In this document: positions 36,236 to 48,939 of the stretch, one piece after another | Layout of the letters: every line of letters starts with the position of its first letter | How positions within the stretch are numbered: position 1 is the first letter of the stretch | From: Alphaproteobacteria bacterium | GTDB lineage: Bacteria; Pseudomonadota; Alphaproteobacteria; Bin95 | Direction of reading: 5' to 3' | DNA: 64,000 bases | NCBI GenBank assembly: GCA_964291285.2 | Contig: OZ219787.1 | Coordinates: forward strand, 64,001 to 128,000 | Program-made: the position numbers and the translations under genes | Notes under the pieces: generated by a model | What the model saw: the letters and a program-made list of their open reading frames with translations, nothing else | What the model was told of the DNA's origin: nothing | The model's database searches: none

Positions 36236-36748
36236 TCATGAGCGGCAGGCCGATTTGTCGATCAATTTCGGCAAGATTATGAGCCTCAGCAACCGTTGTA
36301 TGACACAGGCGTGCGCCATGTTGCCCACCGGAATTTCCTTCAATCCCGGCCCGCGCAGCACCAGATCGAGATCGCTGCCGTCATGGCTGCGCCCGTTGAC
36401 GCGGCTGCCATAGGCCCACACCTCGACATCGGGCAGATGCTCCCGCAACAGTGCCTCAAGCGCCTTGCGGTGCTTCGGCTGGAGATGCAGCCGGTCAGTC
36501 ATCCGGCGCCGCCTCGATCATGTCCGCCAGCGCCCGGGCATCGGCGATAAAGTCGGGCAGCAGCCTCAACGTGGCCTCGGCGAAGCCTTTCCCGTTGTCA
36601 TGGGCGGTATCGTTATCGACAATCCCTCGCAGGTCATGGCAGGTGTAAGGCCCAGGCTGTCGGGGAACAGCCTTCACCGGAAGGCGCCGCGCGCCTTGGT
36701 GTACCGACATGTTTCCCAACGCATGCAGAGGATGGGAAGAGATCATCG

Positions 36749-36752
<4 letters not shown>
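36236..36752 (-). pseudogene. Truncated second HEPN(3')/MNT(5') cassette
   Basis: About 36315-36615 is a near-identical direct repeat of 35586-35886. Confidence 0.85.
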
Positions 36753-38287
<1,535 letters not shown>

Positions 38288-38529
38288 ATAGTCTGAATCC
38301 TTGGCCGCCAACGCGGATACAGTTTGCCGACTCGGCTCTACGAATACCACTGCATACTTGGCCGACACGGTTCGGGCGGGGAAGGATCCCGTAGATCGCG
38401 GTGCCACCATTCCAGCGTCGCCGACGCTGCCCAACAGATCAATATGATAGCGCGTCACGGGGTACAGGATGCGCCGCCCGAGCGACAGGCACTGAGAGCA
38501 CGGTCAAAACCAGTCCAAGGCCGGGCGTC

Positions 38530-38709
38530 GGGTCGACGCGTCCGGGGCGCAGCCGGTTGACATCATCCGCCTGTTGCTGCCCACCGGCTGCCGCAAGGGT
38601 GAGATCGTCTGCCTTCACCGGGAAGAAGTGAAGGGCGACCGGCTCGAACTCGCCGATAGCAAGACCGGGCTGAAAACCGCCCTGCTGAATGCCGAGGGGC
38701 AGACGTAAA
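38530..38709 (+). pseudogene. Tyrosine recombinase B internal fragment
   Basis: DIIRLLLPTGCRKGEIVCLHREEVKGDRLELADSKTG matches 16242-17465. Confidence 0.8.
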
Positions 38710-38737
38710 AGTCTCCGACTGAGCGGAAGACAGCGCT

Positions 38738-39166
38738 CTACTTACGCCAACTCCCTGACCATAGACCACGCCATATTCGTACGATCCGTGATCGAAGAGC
38801 CCGACGGCTCCGTGTTGAGTCCAGCAAACGGGCCCGCTCGCCGTCGACATACTCCGAATGACGACTTGGATCGATCCCCTCCAACCAAATCACCGCGTTA
38901 TCCCGTATCACGTAGTGGCTGCCGCAGCCGGAATTGGCCCACACGGATCCACCCGTAGGACCGTCGAGCGAGACCGACTTCCCATCGAAGTGAACGTGCC
39001 ATCGACTGGGGTGGAGGGACAGCACCGTCAGATCGCCGCATCCGCAAGGGCAGCGCAGGTTGACAGTCCGATGTTTGTGGCTGATCCAAAGCTCGCCGGT
39101 TTTGATTTGGTCGAACTTGGGCAGCACCTCTACGAAGACAGGGCAGAGTTTCACGGGCATTCTCAC
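38738..39166 (-). CDS. DUF6527-family protein
   Basis: GELWIS...CPCGCG...L.L.P..W...DG..VSL...SV...GC.SHYVIR.N.V.W. Confidence 0.8.
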   Translation of the reverse strand: MRMPVKLCPVFVEVLPKFDQIKTGELWISHKHRTVNLRCPCGCGDLTVLSLHPSRWHVHFDGKSVSLDGPTGGSVWANSGCGSHYVIRDNAVIWLEGIDPSRHSEYVDGERARLLDSTRSRRALRSRIVRIWRGLWSGSWRK

Positions 39167-40365
39167 CGCGAGTCATTCGCTCTGACACTGACAATGCGCG
39201 GGGTTTCGAGTCGGAATTTATAGAGGAACGAAGCCGACTCCGACACATACTGCTCCGTGCGGCGCCGCCACTCCATCACGGCGAGCGACGCCGCCAACGC
39301 GTTCACTTCCGGTAACTGGACGTTGTGATAGCCGGGCACACTGCCCTCGATTCTAGCGTTCGGTATGGCCTCCTTCCATGCCTCAGACCCAGCGGCATAG
39401 GCGCTTGTCGTCACGGCGCCTCTAACAGCGCAGTCTTCCAGCGCTATGCTCACGCCCGAATCTATAAACGGAACCCTCGTCTCAGAGAGTGCGCAGTAGA
39501 CGGCATCCTGACGCGACGAATCGCCGTTGGTCAGCTGGTCGATACACACGAATGCATAGTCGATGGGGTGTGCCGACAGAAACTTGCCGAAAATTGACGG
39601 ACTGTCTATCCGGACAGCGTGCGCGTGGATGCCTTCCCGGAGAGGTGTATACTTGGAGAAGTAGTAGTCTACTTTGCGCAAATGTTCCTTTTTGCACAAC
39701 TCAACCTCCTCGGCTGTAGGTGCACCGGGCGCACGCATCAAATTGTGCCAGTTAACGCCGTCTGAATCCAGTAGATGAATTTCCTTCACGGGCGTTTTTG
39801 CGACAAGATCGAGGACGTAGGCGCCTGTTCCGCCCAGACCAATGATCGCAATCCGTTGACTACGGATGCGATCCTGAACCGGCCTCAACGCCGCTCGTGC
39901 CTCGAACGTGTTGGGTATCTTGAAAGGCTCCTGCTTCGCTAGAGAAGCGGTTTCGGAGTAACCGGCCTCCGACACGGCCCCGACGATCTGCTTCGCGTAG
40001 CGGTGAATCAAGTCATCCACCGACCCATCCTCCTCCGGACTGCCTTGCCCACCTTTCTTGATGGAAATGATCGACCAAGTCTTTCCATCGCCGGCGATGT
40101 AGTTCTCGATCGGGGTTCCATCCGCGTGGTACACGCGCCCGTCGAGTTCTTCGTCAGTGATGATCCGCACCGCATGGATCGCGTCGCCTATCTGATCATT
40201 CGGTTTCCCGTTCGCACGGTCGTACGACTTCTCTATAGTGCAAGTGCCAACGCCCCTGTCTGCAAGGAGACAAGGCACCCCCACGGCCCGGACGACATCG
40301 GAATCGACTCTGATGCTAAACCCGGCCTGCTCACCGAACGCTTTGAGGCGATTCCTACGAGACAT
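39163..40365 (-). CDS. ThiF/E1-like adenylyltransferase with an N-terminal extra domain (DUF6791-like)
   Basis: IAIIGLGGTG.YVLD.VAKTPV.EIHL.D.D...HN..RAPG, FVCID and Q..E.NAL.A. The start overlaps the upstream Ubl stop. Confidence 0.85.
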   Translation of the reverse strand: MSRRNRLKAFGEQAGFSIRVDSDVVRAVGVPCLLADRGVGTCTIEKSYDRANGKPNDQIGDAIHAVRIITDEELDGRVYHADGTPIENYIAGDGKTWSIISIKKGGQGSPEEDGSVDDLIHRYAKQIVGAVSEAGYSETASLAKQEPFKIPNTFEARAALRPVQDRIRSQRIAIIGLGGTGAYVLDLVAKTPVKEIHLLDSDGVNWHNLMRAPGAPTAEEVELCKKEHLRKVDYYFSKYTPLREGIHAHAVRIDSPSIFGKFLSAHPIDYAFVCIDQLTNGDSSRQDAVYCALSETRVPFIDSGVSIALEDCAVRGAVTTSAYAAGSEAWKEAIPNARIEGSVPGYHNVQLPEVNALAASLAVMEWRRRTEQYVSESASFLYKFRLETPRIVSVRANDSR

Positions 40366-40603
40366 GCTCGGGGTCGACCGAAAAGCTTGTGCCGTCCTTG
40401 ACTTTAACATCCTTGCCCGGCAAGAGAACACCGTCCTCGTCCTTGAAATCGTCTTTGTAGTCGATGCCGGGTGTACCGATGATGTGCTTGTTCTCTGCCT
40501 TGTGCAGCTTGTTCCAGATCTTTACGACCTCGGCATAGTTAACAATATGGCCGGGGACTTTGTACACTCGACCGCTCACGTAGATCTCCGTGTCGCCATT
40601 CAT
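40355..40603 (-). CDS. Ubiquitin-like (multiubiquitin-domain) protein, 82 aa
   Basis: IYVSGR...VNYAEVV...Y...G.L.PG..VKVKDG.SF.V beta-grasp pattern; first gene before ThiF. Confidence 0.7.
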   Translation of the reverse strand: MNGDTEIYVSGRVYKVPGHIVNYAEVVKIWNKLHKAENKHIIGTPGIDYKDDFKDEDGVLLPGKDVKVKDGTSFSVDPEHVS

Positions 40604-41030
40604 CGTTTTACTTCTCCGATTGTTGGAGGTTGAAGGGAATTCGAACCACTCGGCCCAATTGTACATCATGGCAACCCGATGTTCGTCGAAGCACGGGTGG
40701 GTCTTGGCGCTCCGCGCTTCCCGGCGCCATAATCTCCGACCTCAATCCGGGCTCGCACGGCATGATCTCCGTGTAACAGCAATGCGCCTCTGCCGTACGA
40801 ACTCCGCCGCCCCTTCGGTCAGATCCAGGGTCCTCCGAAGGCCAACGAATCTCGTCACTGCATCGCCGCCCTCGATACCAGTGTATTGTTGGGCAGCCTG
40901 ATGGCGCGACGGTCCGACCCACCTTGTCACAGGTGCCGCGGTGATCTATCGTGTATGCCCATGCAGTCCACGGGCAGATAGCCTTACGCGGTGCTGACGA
41001 GATCCATTGATGCATGCGTCTCACTGAGAT

Positions 41031-41074
41031 TGTTGTCCATGCAGACAACATAAGCCACCGCGGCCGCATGTCAA
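41031..41074 (-). promoter_or_regulatory. Operator palindrome overlapping a sigma70-like promoter
   Basis: TGTTGTC-N6-GACAACA at 41031-41050. On the minus strand, TTGACA (41074-41069) is followed after 16 nt by TATGTT. Confidence 0.6.
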
Positions 41075-41084
41075 GGGGAGAGCG

Positions 41085-41468
41085 ATGTCGTTCGGCTACA
41101 CGCTGAGGAGGTTCCGGGAAGCCCGTGGTCTGAGCTTACGCGAGTTCGGCAAGCTCTGCGGAATCGACCACGCGTACATCCACCGGCTCGAACGGGAGGA
41201 AAAGACGGCTCCCTCCGAGCAAGTGGTCGACACCTTCGTCCGCACCTTGAAGCTCAACTCTCGAAGGGCGCGCCTGCTGCGCCTGCTGGTCGGGAAGACG
41301 ATCAACCGTACCCTCATCGACGTGTTCATCGAAGACGAGCAGCGACCGCTGGACCTACTAGAGCCTGCTCACCAGATGAGCTTCCGGGGAACGCGCCCTG
41401 AAGCCAAGGACGACTGGCGCCGGCATGTCGATCGTTTGGCTCGCCTGTTCGATGAAGACGACGAATGA
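41085..41468 (+). CDS. XRE-family HTH regulator (CapH-like)
   Basis: FGYTLRRFREARGLSLREFG..GIDHAYIHRLE. Confidence 0.88.
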   Translation: MSFGYTLRRFREARGLSLREFGKLCGIDHAYIHRLEREEKTAPSEQVVDTFVRTLKLNSRRARLLRLLVGKTINRTLIDVFIEDEQRPLDLLEPAHQMSFRGTRPEAKDDWRRHVDRLARLFDEDDE

Positions 41469-42350
41469 ATGGACGAGTTCCCGACGATTCTCAGTGCTCG
41501 CCAGTTCCTTCGGAACGCTGGCAACGACTCTGTGCCCGTCGACGTCGGGCGCTTGGCTGCGGCAGCCAACGCGAAGATCAAGGTCGCTTACGATCTCGCC
41601 GACGATGAATCTGGCCAGACCACCCGGTTCAAAGGAACACACGTCATCATCGTCAACGGCAATCACACGGAGGAGCGGCAGCGCTTCACCGTGCTTCATG
41701 AAATCGCCCACATCGTTCTTGGACTGCCTTCCCAGCACCACGGCTCGACGCTCAAGACCGACGTGCTTCTCCGGTACGGACGGCGACCCGAGGAAGAAGT
41801 GCTTTGTGATGTTTTCGCTGCCGAGTGCCTGCTTCCTTACCACCCGTTTGCCGAACAAGTCTCCGACTCGGAAATCTCCCTGAATGCCGTGAAGTCGCTT
41901 GCCCGAGAATACAAGGCATCATTGACCACGACGGGATCGAGATTCGCTCTGAATGCGAGAGAGCCCTGTGCGTTCGTCCTCAGCGAGAACGGGCGGATCC
42001 GTTATGTGTCCCGGTCGAAATACCTGAATGAGCTGAAGGGATGGATCAATTTCAACGCCTCTGTGCCGCAAGGCAGCGTCGCGCAGCGCCTGATCGAGGG
42101 TGGTCCGAAGATCGAGGATTACGACGAACTTCCAACAGATGTCTGGTTCGACGGAGGCGTCAGGAACCGACCATTGATTGCTGAGGAAGCCATCCTCCTG
42201 CGGGACTGGAATCAATGTCTTTCACTCATCTGGTTTGACGAGCGCCTGACACCAGTCCGGGAGCGCCGGGACGAGGATGAAAAGGTTGAGCCTTTGCTCC
42301 AACAGCTTGACGGTACACTACCGTGGCCATCCAGAAGCCGCCGTGGATAG
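41469..42350 (+). CDS. ImmA/IrrE-family metallopeptidase (CapP-like)
   Basis: RQRFTVLHEIAH (HExxH) and E..CD.FAAECLLP, with a GAF-like C-terminal region. Abuts the HTH gene. Confidence 0.88.
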   Translation: MDEFPTILSARQFLRNAGNDSVPVDVGRLAAAANAKIKVAYDLADDESGQTTRFKGTHVIIVNGNHTEERQRFTVLHEIAHIVLGLPSQHHGSTLKTDVLLRYGRRPEEEVLCDVFAAECLLPYHPFAEQVSDSEISLNAVKSLAREYKASLTTTGSRFALNAREPCAFVLSENGRIRYVSRSKYLNELKGWINFNASVPQGSVAQRLIEGGPKIEDYDELPTDVWFDGGVRNRPLIAEEAILLRDWNQCLSLIWFDERLTPVRERRDEDEKVEPLLQQLDGTLPWPSRSRRG

Positions 42351-42914
42351 GTGCGGCTTCTGGCGACATTTGACGGCGATTCCTGCGTGATTTGACGATA
42401 CTTTTTGGCCATTGCGCTGTCTCTCCGGGGACTGTTGCAGGAGTTGTTCAGCTCTCCTCCGTGACGTTGTGGGCTAGCCAGAGGCCAGCCCAGTGCGAAC
42501 GTAAGCGAACCCTGTTTGTCATGCAAAGGCGGTTGGGCGCGGTGGCGAGCTCTTCATGTCGAGTGATCCTCCGCCGAGATGCGCCGGTCTTTCTTCCATC
42601 ACTCTCCGGTCGGCTTTTTCTTGCGTAGCGTAAATTTCATTCAGCCGCCGCTGCCGTTCCAGCAAGCTTCATTCCGCAACGATGACGAAAAGCAGCGAGG
42701 CGATTTCAAGCACGTCTCTCGGCCGGATGCCGTAGCGTTCGGCCACAAAGCGCAGGGCGGACGGAACGTGGCGCGACATCAACCGCTGCATTTAGGGTAA
42801 GGCCCAACGGCGGTCGACTTGCCTCCGGGTCGGGCGGCGTTGTCAGCGTGCCCCACTCGACGACGAGTGCCTTGCCCAAGTGATCTGCCCCCGTCGACTG
42901 GTCCAGGGTGAATA

Positions 42915-43066
42915 TTAGGTCCTGTGGAGGGATTTGATCAGGATGAAGGCGGCGGTGAATGCGACGAAGAAACTGAAGTTTGTGGCCGTTTTTTCGCAAC
43001 GCAAGGCGATGCGTTTGAAGCGTTTGATCTTGCCAACGGCCTGTTCGGCGCGGGCGCGGGGGCCGT
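42915..43066 (-). pseudogene. IS5-family (IS427-like) 3' remnant
   Basis: RARAEQAVGKIKRFKRIALRCEKTATNF. Confidence 0.75.
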
Positions 43067-43071
43067 AGGTT

Positions 43072-45577
43072 CAGACTTCCTGACCTCTGCTAATTTTGTT
43101 TGGCACCGGTGCGCGCGGATTTTGGGGTTATGCCGACCTCGTAGACCATGCGCATACGGTTGCCGGGGAAGTGCGTTTCGGTGGCGTTGAGTTCGGCCAG
43201 AAGAGGCTTGATCTGGCGGTCGCAGGCGTCATTTGCGAGGCCGAGAATGCGGACCCGCAGGACGCCGTTGGCAGGGTCCGGCAGGATGTCGGCATCGGCG
43301 GTGAAGAGTGCCTGAAGCAGTTTCCGGGGGTGGGGCTTGTGGCCCTGCGCCTGCATGACGGGAAGCATCAAGCGGGTTTCAGCGCGGTAGGCGATCATGC
43401 GGATGATGTCGAGTAGGAGGCGCTCGCGTGAGGGCAAGGCATTGAGCTGTCCGGCTTCGTCGAGGTCGCCGGCCCGGCAGTGCGTGGGCACCTCCCTGCG
43501 GCTGGATCTGACAATCTCACGGCCGCCCTCGAGGTCCCTGAGTTCCCTCTTGAGTTCGCCCGTCGGCTGCTTCCTGTGGGCGGCGTCGGCGATGCGGTTG
43601 CGCAGGCGGCCAAGCTGGTGGTCGAGGCGGCGGATTGCCTTGTCGTAGGCCCGCCGCAGCGGGCTGACGACCATGGTATCGGCAGCGAGAGGCTCGATCT
43701 CGTGGGTCGGCAGGGCGTCGAGATTGAACTCGTCGCGCATGTATTTGAAGAAGTTTTCCTGCGACCAGCGCGAGAACAAGGCGCCTGCGGCCTCCGCCAC
43801 CGGCTTGTGCGGATCGGTGGTGACCAGCGGAACCTGACGGCCGTTGTCGAGCAGGCGGCGGATCTGGCGCACCCTGAAGCCGTTCTTCAACGTCACCGGC
43901 TTCTCGGCCAGCAGCATGGTGGCGCTGGCGTTCGCCGCGGGTCCGTGAATGGGAACGATCATCGCACTGAAGTCCTCGGCCGGCCAGTCCCCGCCCCTGA
44001 AGTTCTTGTGCCAGGTCAGGCAGGCAATGCCGCGCCTGGCCAGCCGGCGAAACAGCTCCGGGCTCCAGCCCTCGCGGTCGAAGACCAGTGTGAGCACGGG
44101 CTGGCCGGGCTGCCCGGCGGTCAGGTCCGCTGCCCCGGCGTCGACGATCCCGAGCGCCTGCAACGCCGGCACCACGTCGGATTCGATCGCGGCGACCATC
44201 TTCGGGTCCAGCGGCTTGTGCAGGCACAGCAGGGGCTTGCCGCCCAAGGCGTTGATCCAGTAGCTGGTGCTCGCCGGCAGGCACAGCTTCTCGCGCGAGA
44301 CGAAGTGTTTGGGCAGGCGCCCCTTGCGGCCGGCGTAGACCTTGACGTGCCCGTCAACGGCCAGCGTCGCCCAGAGCTCGGGCTCCTCCTCCTGCCAGCG
44401 TCTCGCAAGAGCGAGCTGCCACGCCTGCACGCTGGCTTCGTCGTTGGCCATGAGCCCGATCTTGCGCCGTAGCGTCTTGACCTCGGGGCAGCGGTCGAGA
44501 CCGAGAACCGCACCCCATTCGCCCGGTGCCTGGTAGCGCAGGCTCTCGGGGTTGCGCACCCGCGCCAGGGTCATGAAGGCCAGGAAGAGCAGGATCGTGG
44601 GCAGGCCGTAGTAGCCCTTCGACAGCAACGGCAGGAGGCCGGTCTCGCAGAGCAGGCCTTCCTTCAGCAGGGCCGGCAGGGCGGCGAGAACGCCGCCAAA
44701 GCGCACGCCGCGGGCGGCGGCGGTGAACTGCGGTTCGACCGGTCCCGCCTGCCCGCAGCTGGCCAACACCCGAGCCCGGACATCGCAAGTCGCGCGCCCC
44801 ATCGGCGCCTGCCGGTCCCGCCGGTCGCGCGCGCTGCGATCCGTCTGCGCCTCCAGCCCCGCTGCCGTCGCCGGCCCGGCGGCACCGGCACTCTCGTCAT
44901 CGACACTGCCCTCGGGCGCCCCACCCGCGTCAGGCGGCACCGCCACTGCCGCGCTGCCGCGCTCCCGACACGCCTCCGCGTTGCCGATCACCCCCTGCCG
45001 CCGCCACTTGTTGACCGACGGCGCTGACACGCCGAGAACTCGGGCCACCGCAGAGCCGCTCAGGCCCCCTTCCAGCAACGCCGTCGCTTTCTCCGCCAGC
45101 TCCGGCGTGAACACCGAAGGTCCCCGACCGCGCCGGGGCTTCAGAAACTCCGCTTCGCCCTCGGCCAGGTAGCGCCGTCGTGCGCGCTGGACCGTTGCAC
45201 GCGAGACACCGAAAGCGTCGGCCAGATCCTGCCGCGAGACCGCGCTGATCGCAGCCAGGCGGCCGATCCGCAACAGCATGGCCGCGCGGTCATCGGCGGC
45301 GTGGCTGTCAAAGGGAACGAGGTTGGAGAAGTAGGTGAAGCTGTCGTCCGAAATCAGAATGGCGAAACAACTGCTGCCGATCGGAACCGCCTCCGGAGGG
45401 CTCAGGGGAAGGGTAATCGACATGGTTGAAATCTCGTATCCAGTGTCAAATTAAAATACCCGAACCTGGACACGGCAGCCAGCGAAAATCAGCCGAAACA
45501 GACGAAAAATGAACCGAACTCAAAAAGTTCCCAGAACGCCGCCCGCAACAAACATCGTCACGAGGTCAGGAAGTCTG
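43072..45577 (-). mobile_element. Unclassified IS with a 777-aa putative DDE transposase (43090-45423)
   Basis: Perfect 16-bp TIR CAGACTTCCTGACCTC and 5-bp TSD AGGTT. Protein has HTHs plus VDGH, VFDREG and RWSQENFFK. Confidence 0.9.
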
Positions 45578-45604
45578 AGGTTCAATCGACATACAGGATT
45601 CCCT

Positions 45605-46382
45605 AGGCCCTGTGGACGTATTGACTCAGGAGCGTGTTCAGGGATTCCCGTGCGAGGATTTGTCTGAATCATGAGGCGTCGGCGATTCGGGGGTTTCGTT
45701 GATGTCGACGAAGATGACGAATGGAGACTGGGAGGTTGCGCTGGAGGTTTTCCGGCTTTGCCTTCCGAGGCGGGGTGCGAAGGCGAAGGACGACCGTCTG
45801 TTTCTGGAGGCGCTGCACTTCTTTGCGGTTCACAACATCACCTGGCGGGCGCTGCCGGAGCGGTTCGGGCACTGGAATACGGTATGGCGGCGTTTTCACC
45901 GTCTGAGCCGTTCAGGGGTGTTCGAGGACTTTTTCGCCACGCTGGCGGATTTGAGCAGCACGGCGCACCTGGTTCAGATGTTCGATTCGACCGTGACCCG
46001 CGCGCATGTATCGGCGGCCGGCGCAAAAGGGGGCAGCAGGGTCAGGCGCTTGGACGCTCGCGGGGCGGTTTCAGCACCAAAATCCACCTGAAGACCGATT
46101 TCGACGGCCTGCCGATCGCCTTCGACCTGACCGGCGGCGAGGCAGCCGACAGTCCGCATTTCGAGACCCTGATGGACATCGGCCCCGATGTCCGGCCCCG
46201 CGCCATCGTCGCCGACAAGGGCTATGACAGCGCCGGAAACCGCCAACTCGCCCGGAAAAGAGGCGCCCTGACCGTCATTCCCTACCGGAAGAACATCAAA
46301 AACAGGCCAAAGCGCTTCGCAAGCGCGCTCTACAGAGGACGGGCGCGCATCGAACAGGCCGTCGGCAAGCTCAAACGTTTCA
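45605..46382 (+). mobile_element. IS5-family (IS427-like) element, two frameshifted ORFs, 3'-truncated
   Basis: WRALPERFG.WNTVWRRF, DST..RAH, AAAAGGGGG slippery site, GRSRGGFSTKIH and ADKGYD. Ends abruptly after LKRF. Confidence 0.88.
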
Positions 46383-46555
46383 GTATTCCACCGTACGCCT
46401 GTCTGTTCCTGGCAACTGATGTCAAAGGAAATCGTTGTGTATCAATGAAGTATTGGTTTTCCCGGTGGACAAGGCGCGCCAGGACTACGCCCCGGTTGAC
46501 TTTCATGTGTTGACCTGTATGGTGATATTCAGGGCTGTTTCGAAGGAATATCACT

Positions 46556-47824
46556 ATGTCAACACAGACCGGCAAGCGCACTGCAAACCTCAAGCTCACC
46601 CTCAACAAGCGAAACGTCGAAGCCCTCAAGCCCCGGCACAAACCCTTCATCGCATGGGACGACCGCCTCACCGGATTCGGCATCCGCGTCCAGCCCTCGG
46701 GCATGCGCTCCTACATCGTCAACTACCGCGCCGGCGACGGCGGGCGCAAGGCCGCCAACCGGCGCCTCGTCCTCGGCCGCCACGGCCGCATCACCCCCGA
46801 ACAGGCCAGGCGCCTCGCCCGGGAGACGCTGGGCCGCGTCGCCGCCGGCGAGGACCCCGCCGCCGGGCGCACCCGCGCCCGCGCCATGCCGACGGTGCGG
46901 GACGCCTTCGAGGACTATCTCGCCGCCGGGCCGGCGCGCAAGGACAGTACCGTTGCGGTATACCGCAGCACCGTCCACAAGGACCTCGGTGACTGGCTCG
47001 ACCGCCCTCTCGACACCATCGGGCGCCGCGATGTCGAGCAGCGCTTCCGGCGCCTGAGCGAGAATGCCGGGTGGGTGCAGGCCAACAATGCGATGAAGAT
47101 GCTGCGCGCCCTCTACCGCCGCCAGTGCCTCGACCATGAGGGGCTGCACAATCCGGTGGACCAGTGGCGCGTCGCGGGCGGGCGGCCCCATCGCCCGAAA
47201 CGGCGCATCATCCAGCCGCCGGCCGAGGTGCTGCCGCGCTGGCACCGCGGCATCGAGGCGGCGGTGCGTAACCCGGTCGCCCGCGACGCCTTGCACTTCG
47301 GCCTCTATACCGGCATGCGCCGGGCCGAAGTATTCGGCCTCGCATGGGCGCGGGTGGACAGGGCGGCGATGGTGTTCCGGGTCGAGGACACCAAGACCGG
47401 CGCGCCGTTGGCGCTTCCCGTCACCCGGCAGCTCGCGGCCATTCTCGAACGCCGCCTGGCCGAACGCGACCGTGTCCCCGAGGCGAACCGGGGCTGGGTG
47501 TTCCCGTCCGAAACCAGCAGGTCCGGGCGTCTCACCGGCATGCAGCACATGAATGCGCGCATCGGCGAGGCGGGCGGCGCGAAATTCTGGTTCCATGCCC
47601 TGCGCAACTGCTTCATCACCGTCGCCGACCGCGACCTGATGCTGCCGGCCAGCCTGACCAAGCGGCTGGTCAACCACGCCCGGCCCCGGGACGTGACCGA
47701 GGGCTATGCCGCCGACTGGACCATGGAGCAACTCCGCGACGCCGCCCAGCGCATCTCTGACAGGATCGACGCATTGATCCGCGAAGGCATTCCCGCGCCA
47801 CCGGCCTTGCCGCCGACAGCATGA
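46556..47824 (+). CDS. P4-like tyrosine integrase with arm-binding domain
   Basis: WDDRLTGFGIRV.PSG, TGMRR, DTKTG, HALR, LVNH and VTEGY. Confidence 0.92.
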   Translation: MSTQTGKRTANLKLTLNKRNVEALKPRHKPFIAWDDRLTGFGIRVQPSGMRSYIVNYRAGDGGRKAANRRLVLGRHGRITPEQARRLARETLGRVAAGEDPAAGRTRARAMPTVRDAFEDYLAAGPARKDSTVAVYRSTVHKDLGDWLDRPLDTIGRRDVEQRFRRLSENAGWVQANNAMKMLRALYRRQCLDHEGLHNPVDQWRVAGGRPHRPKRRIIQPPAEVLPRWHRGIEAAVRNPVARDALHFGLYTGMRRAEVFGLAWARVDRAAMVFRVEDTKTGAPLALPVTRQLAAILERRLAERDRVPEANRGWVFPSETSRSGRLTGMQHMNARIGEAGGAKFWFHALRNCFITVADRDLMLPASLTKRLVNHARPRDVTEGYAADWTMEQLRDAAQRISDRIDALIREGIPAPPALPPTA

Positions 47825-47835
47825 CGCGTGGACCT

Positions 47836-48160
47836 TTTCCGGGCCCTCGACATGGGTGCGGGTGGTGATGCGCTTGCCGTGCTTCTCGATGGTGGCCTCT
47901 TGCAGGAGGTCGAGGTCGCGGATCAGGTCGTGCCATTCGATGCTGACGCCAGCGGCGGCGCATCGGTCGGCCAGTTCCTTCTGGAGGACCAGCGCGAGGA
48001 AGGAGCAGAAGACGTGGCCGCGGATCGCGGCGTTGCAGGAGTGGTAGATCGGTCGGGTGCGCAACTGGGCCTTCGCCCGGCGGAACAGGTCTTCCACCGT
48101 GAGCAGCTCCCGGTAGCGGAGCACGGCGTTGAGCGGCGTCATGCCGGCGTTGGTGCGCCG
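47836..48160 (-). pseudogene. IS1634-family transposase C-terminal remnant
   Basis: YRELLTVEDLFRRAK..LRTRPIYH....IRGHVFCSFLALVL. Confidence 0.8.
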
Positions 48161-48274
48161 GCCTATCTGGGGATATACCGGTGCGAGCCTCGCAAGGCGA
48201 CGATGTAGAGGTCCATCGGGTCGCGGGTGCGGGAGACCGGGCGGCGGATGGCGTCGTGGCCGTGAGCCTCCCGC

Positions 48275-48688
48275 TCACCGGCGGCCTTGTCCGGTGCCGG
48301 CCAGCACGCCGTCGACCCGGGCGCGCGAGAGGCGGAACCGGCCCGAAGCTGTCCCCGTAGACAGCGCGTCGCGTCGACCCGGGCGCGCGAGACGCGGAAC
48401 TCCCGCGCGATCGCCGCCGGCCTGAGGCCGGCCTCGAAGGCGGCGAGGATCGGCCTTTTCCTGCCCCTGCGTCACCGGCCTGGCGCGCGCCCTTCCTCCG
48501 GATGTCTTGCCGGCCTGCCGCCCGCGCCTGCGGGCCTCGGCTGTCGCCGCTTCGACCGGCCGGTCGAGGTCCGCGTCGTCGAGATGGCGGAGCAAACGGT
48601 CGAGGCTCCCGCCGCGCTTTCCCGTCCCGCCACCCGAGCGCGCCGTCCTTCCTGCGCGTTGCCCCGTTTTCGTGGTCCTTCCTGTCAC
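48275..48688 (-). pseudogene. Frameshifted small HTH-like hypothetical protein
   Basis: LLRHLDDADLDR...VTQGQEK continues in another frame as ILAAFEAGLRPAAIAREFRVSRA. Confidence 0.45.
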
Positions 48689-48939
48689 CTACAACCGGTG
48701 AGCGCATCGCGTGTGCGCTGGTCGATTGCAGCCCGAACGTGCCGGTGTGGCCATGGCCAGGGTGCTCTCCAGCTACCGGTCACCCGTGCCGCCGGCCCGC
48801 CGCCCGCCGTCGGGAACGCCGCCTCCCCCGCTCCGCGCCGGCAGGAGGGAAGGTCTGGCCGTGAGCGGGGCGGCGGTCGGCGCTTCGGAGAGCGGGGCGC
48901 TGCCGCCGGGTTCCACCACGGCACGATGGAGACGGCAGC

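Noticed and set aside
38738-42350. CBASS, given CapH/CapP-like genes and an E1-like enzyme
   Set aside because: No CD-NTase, JAB or CBASS effector in the operon.
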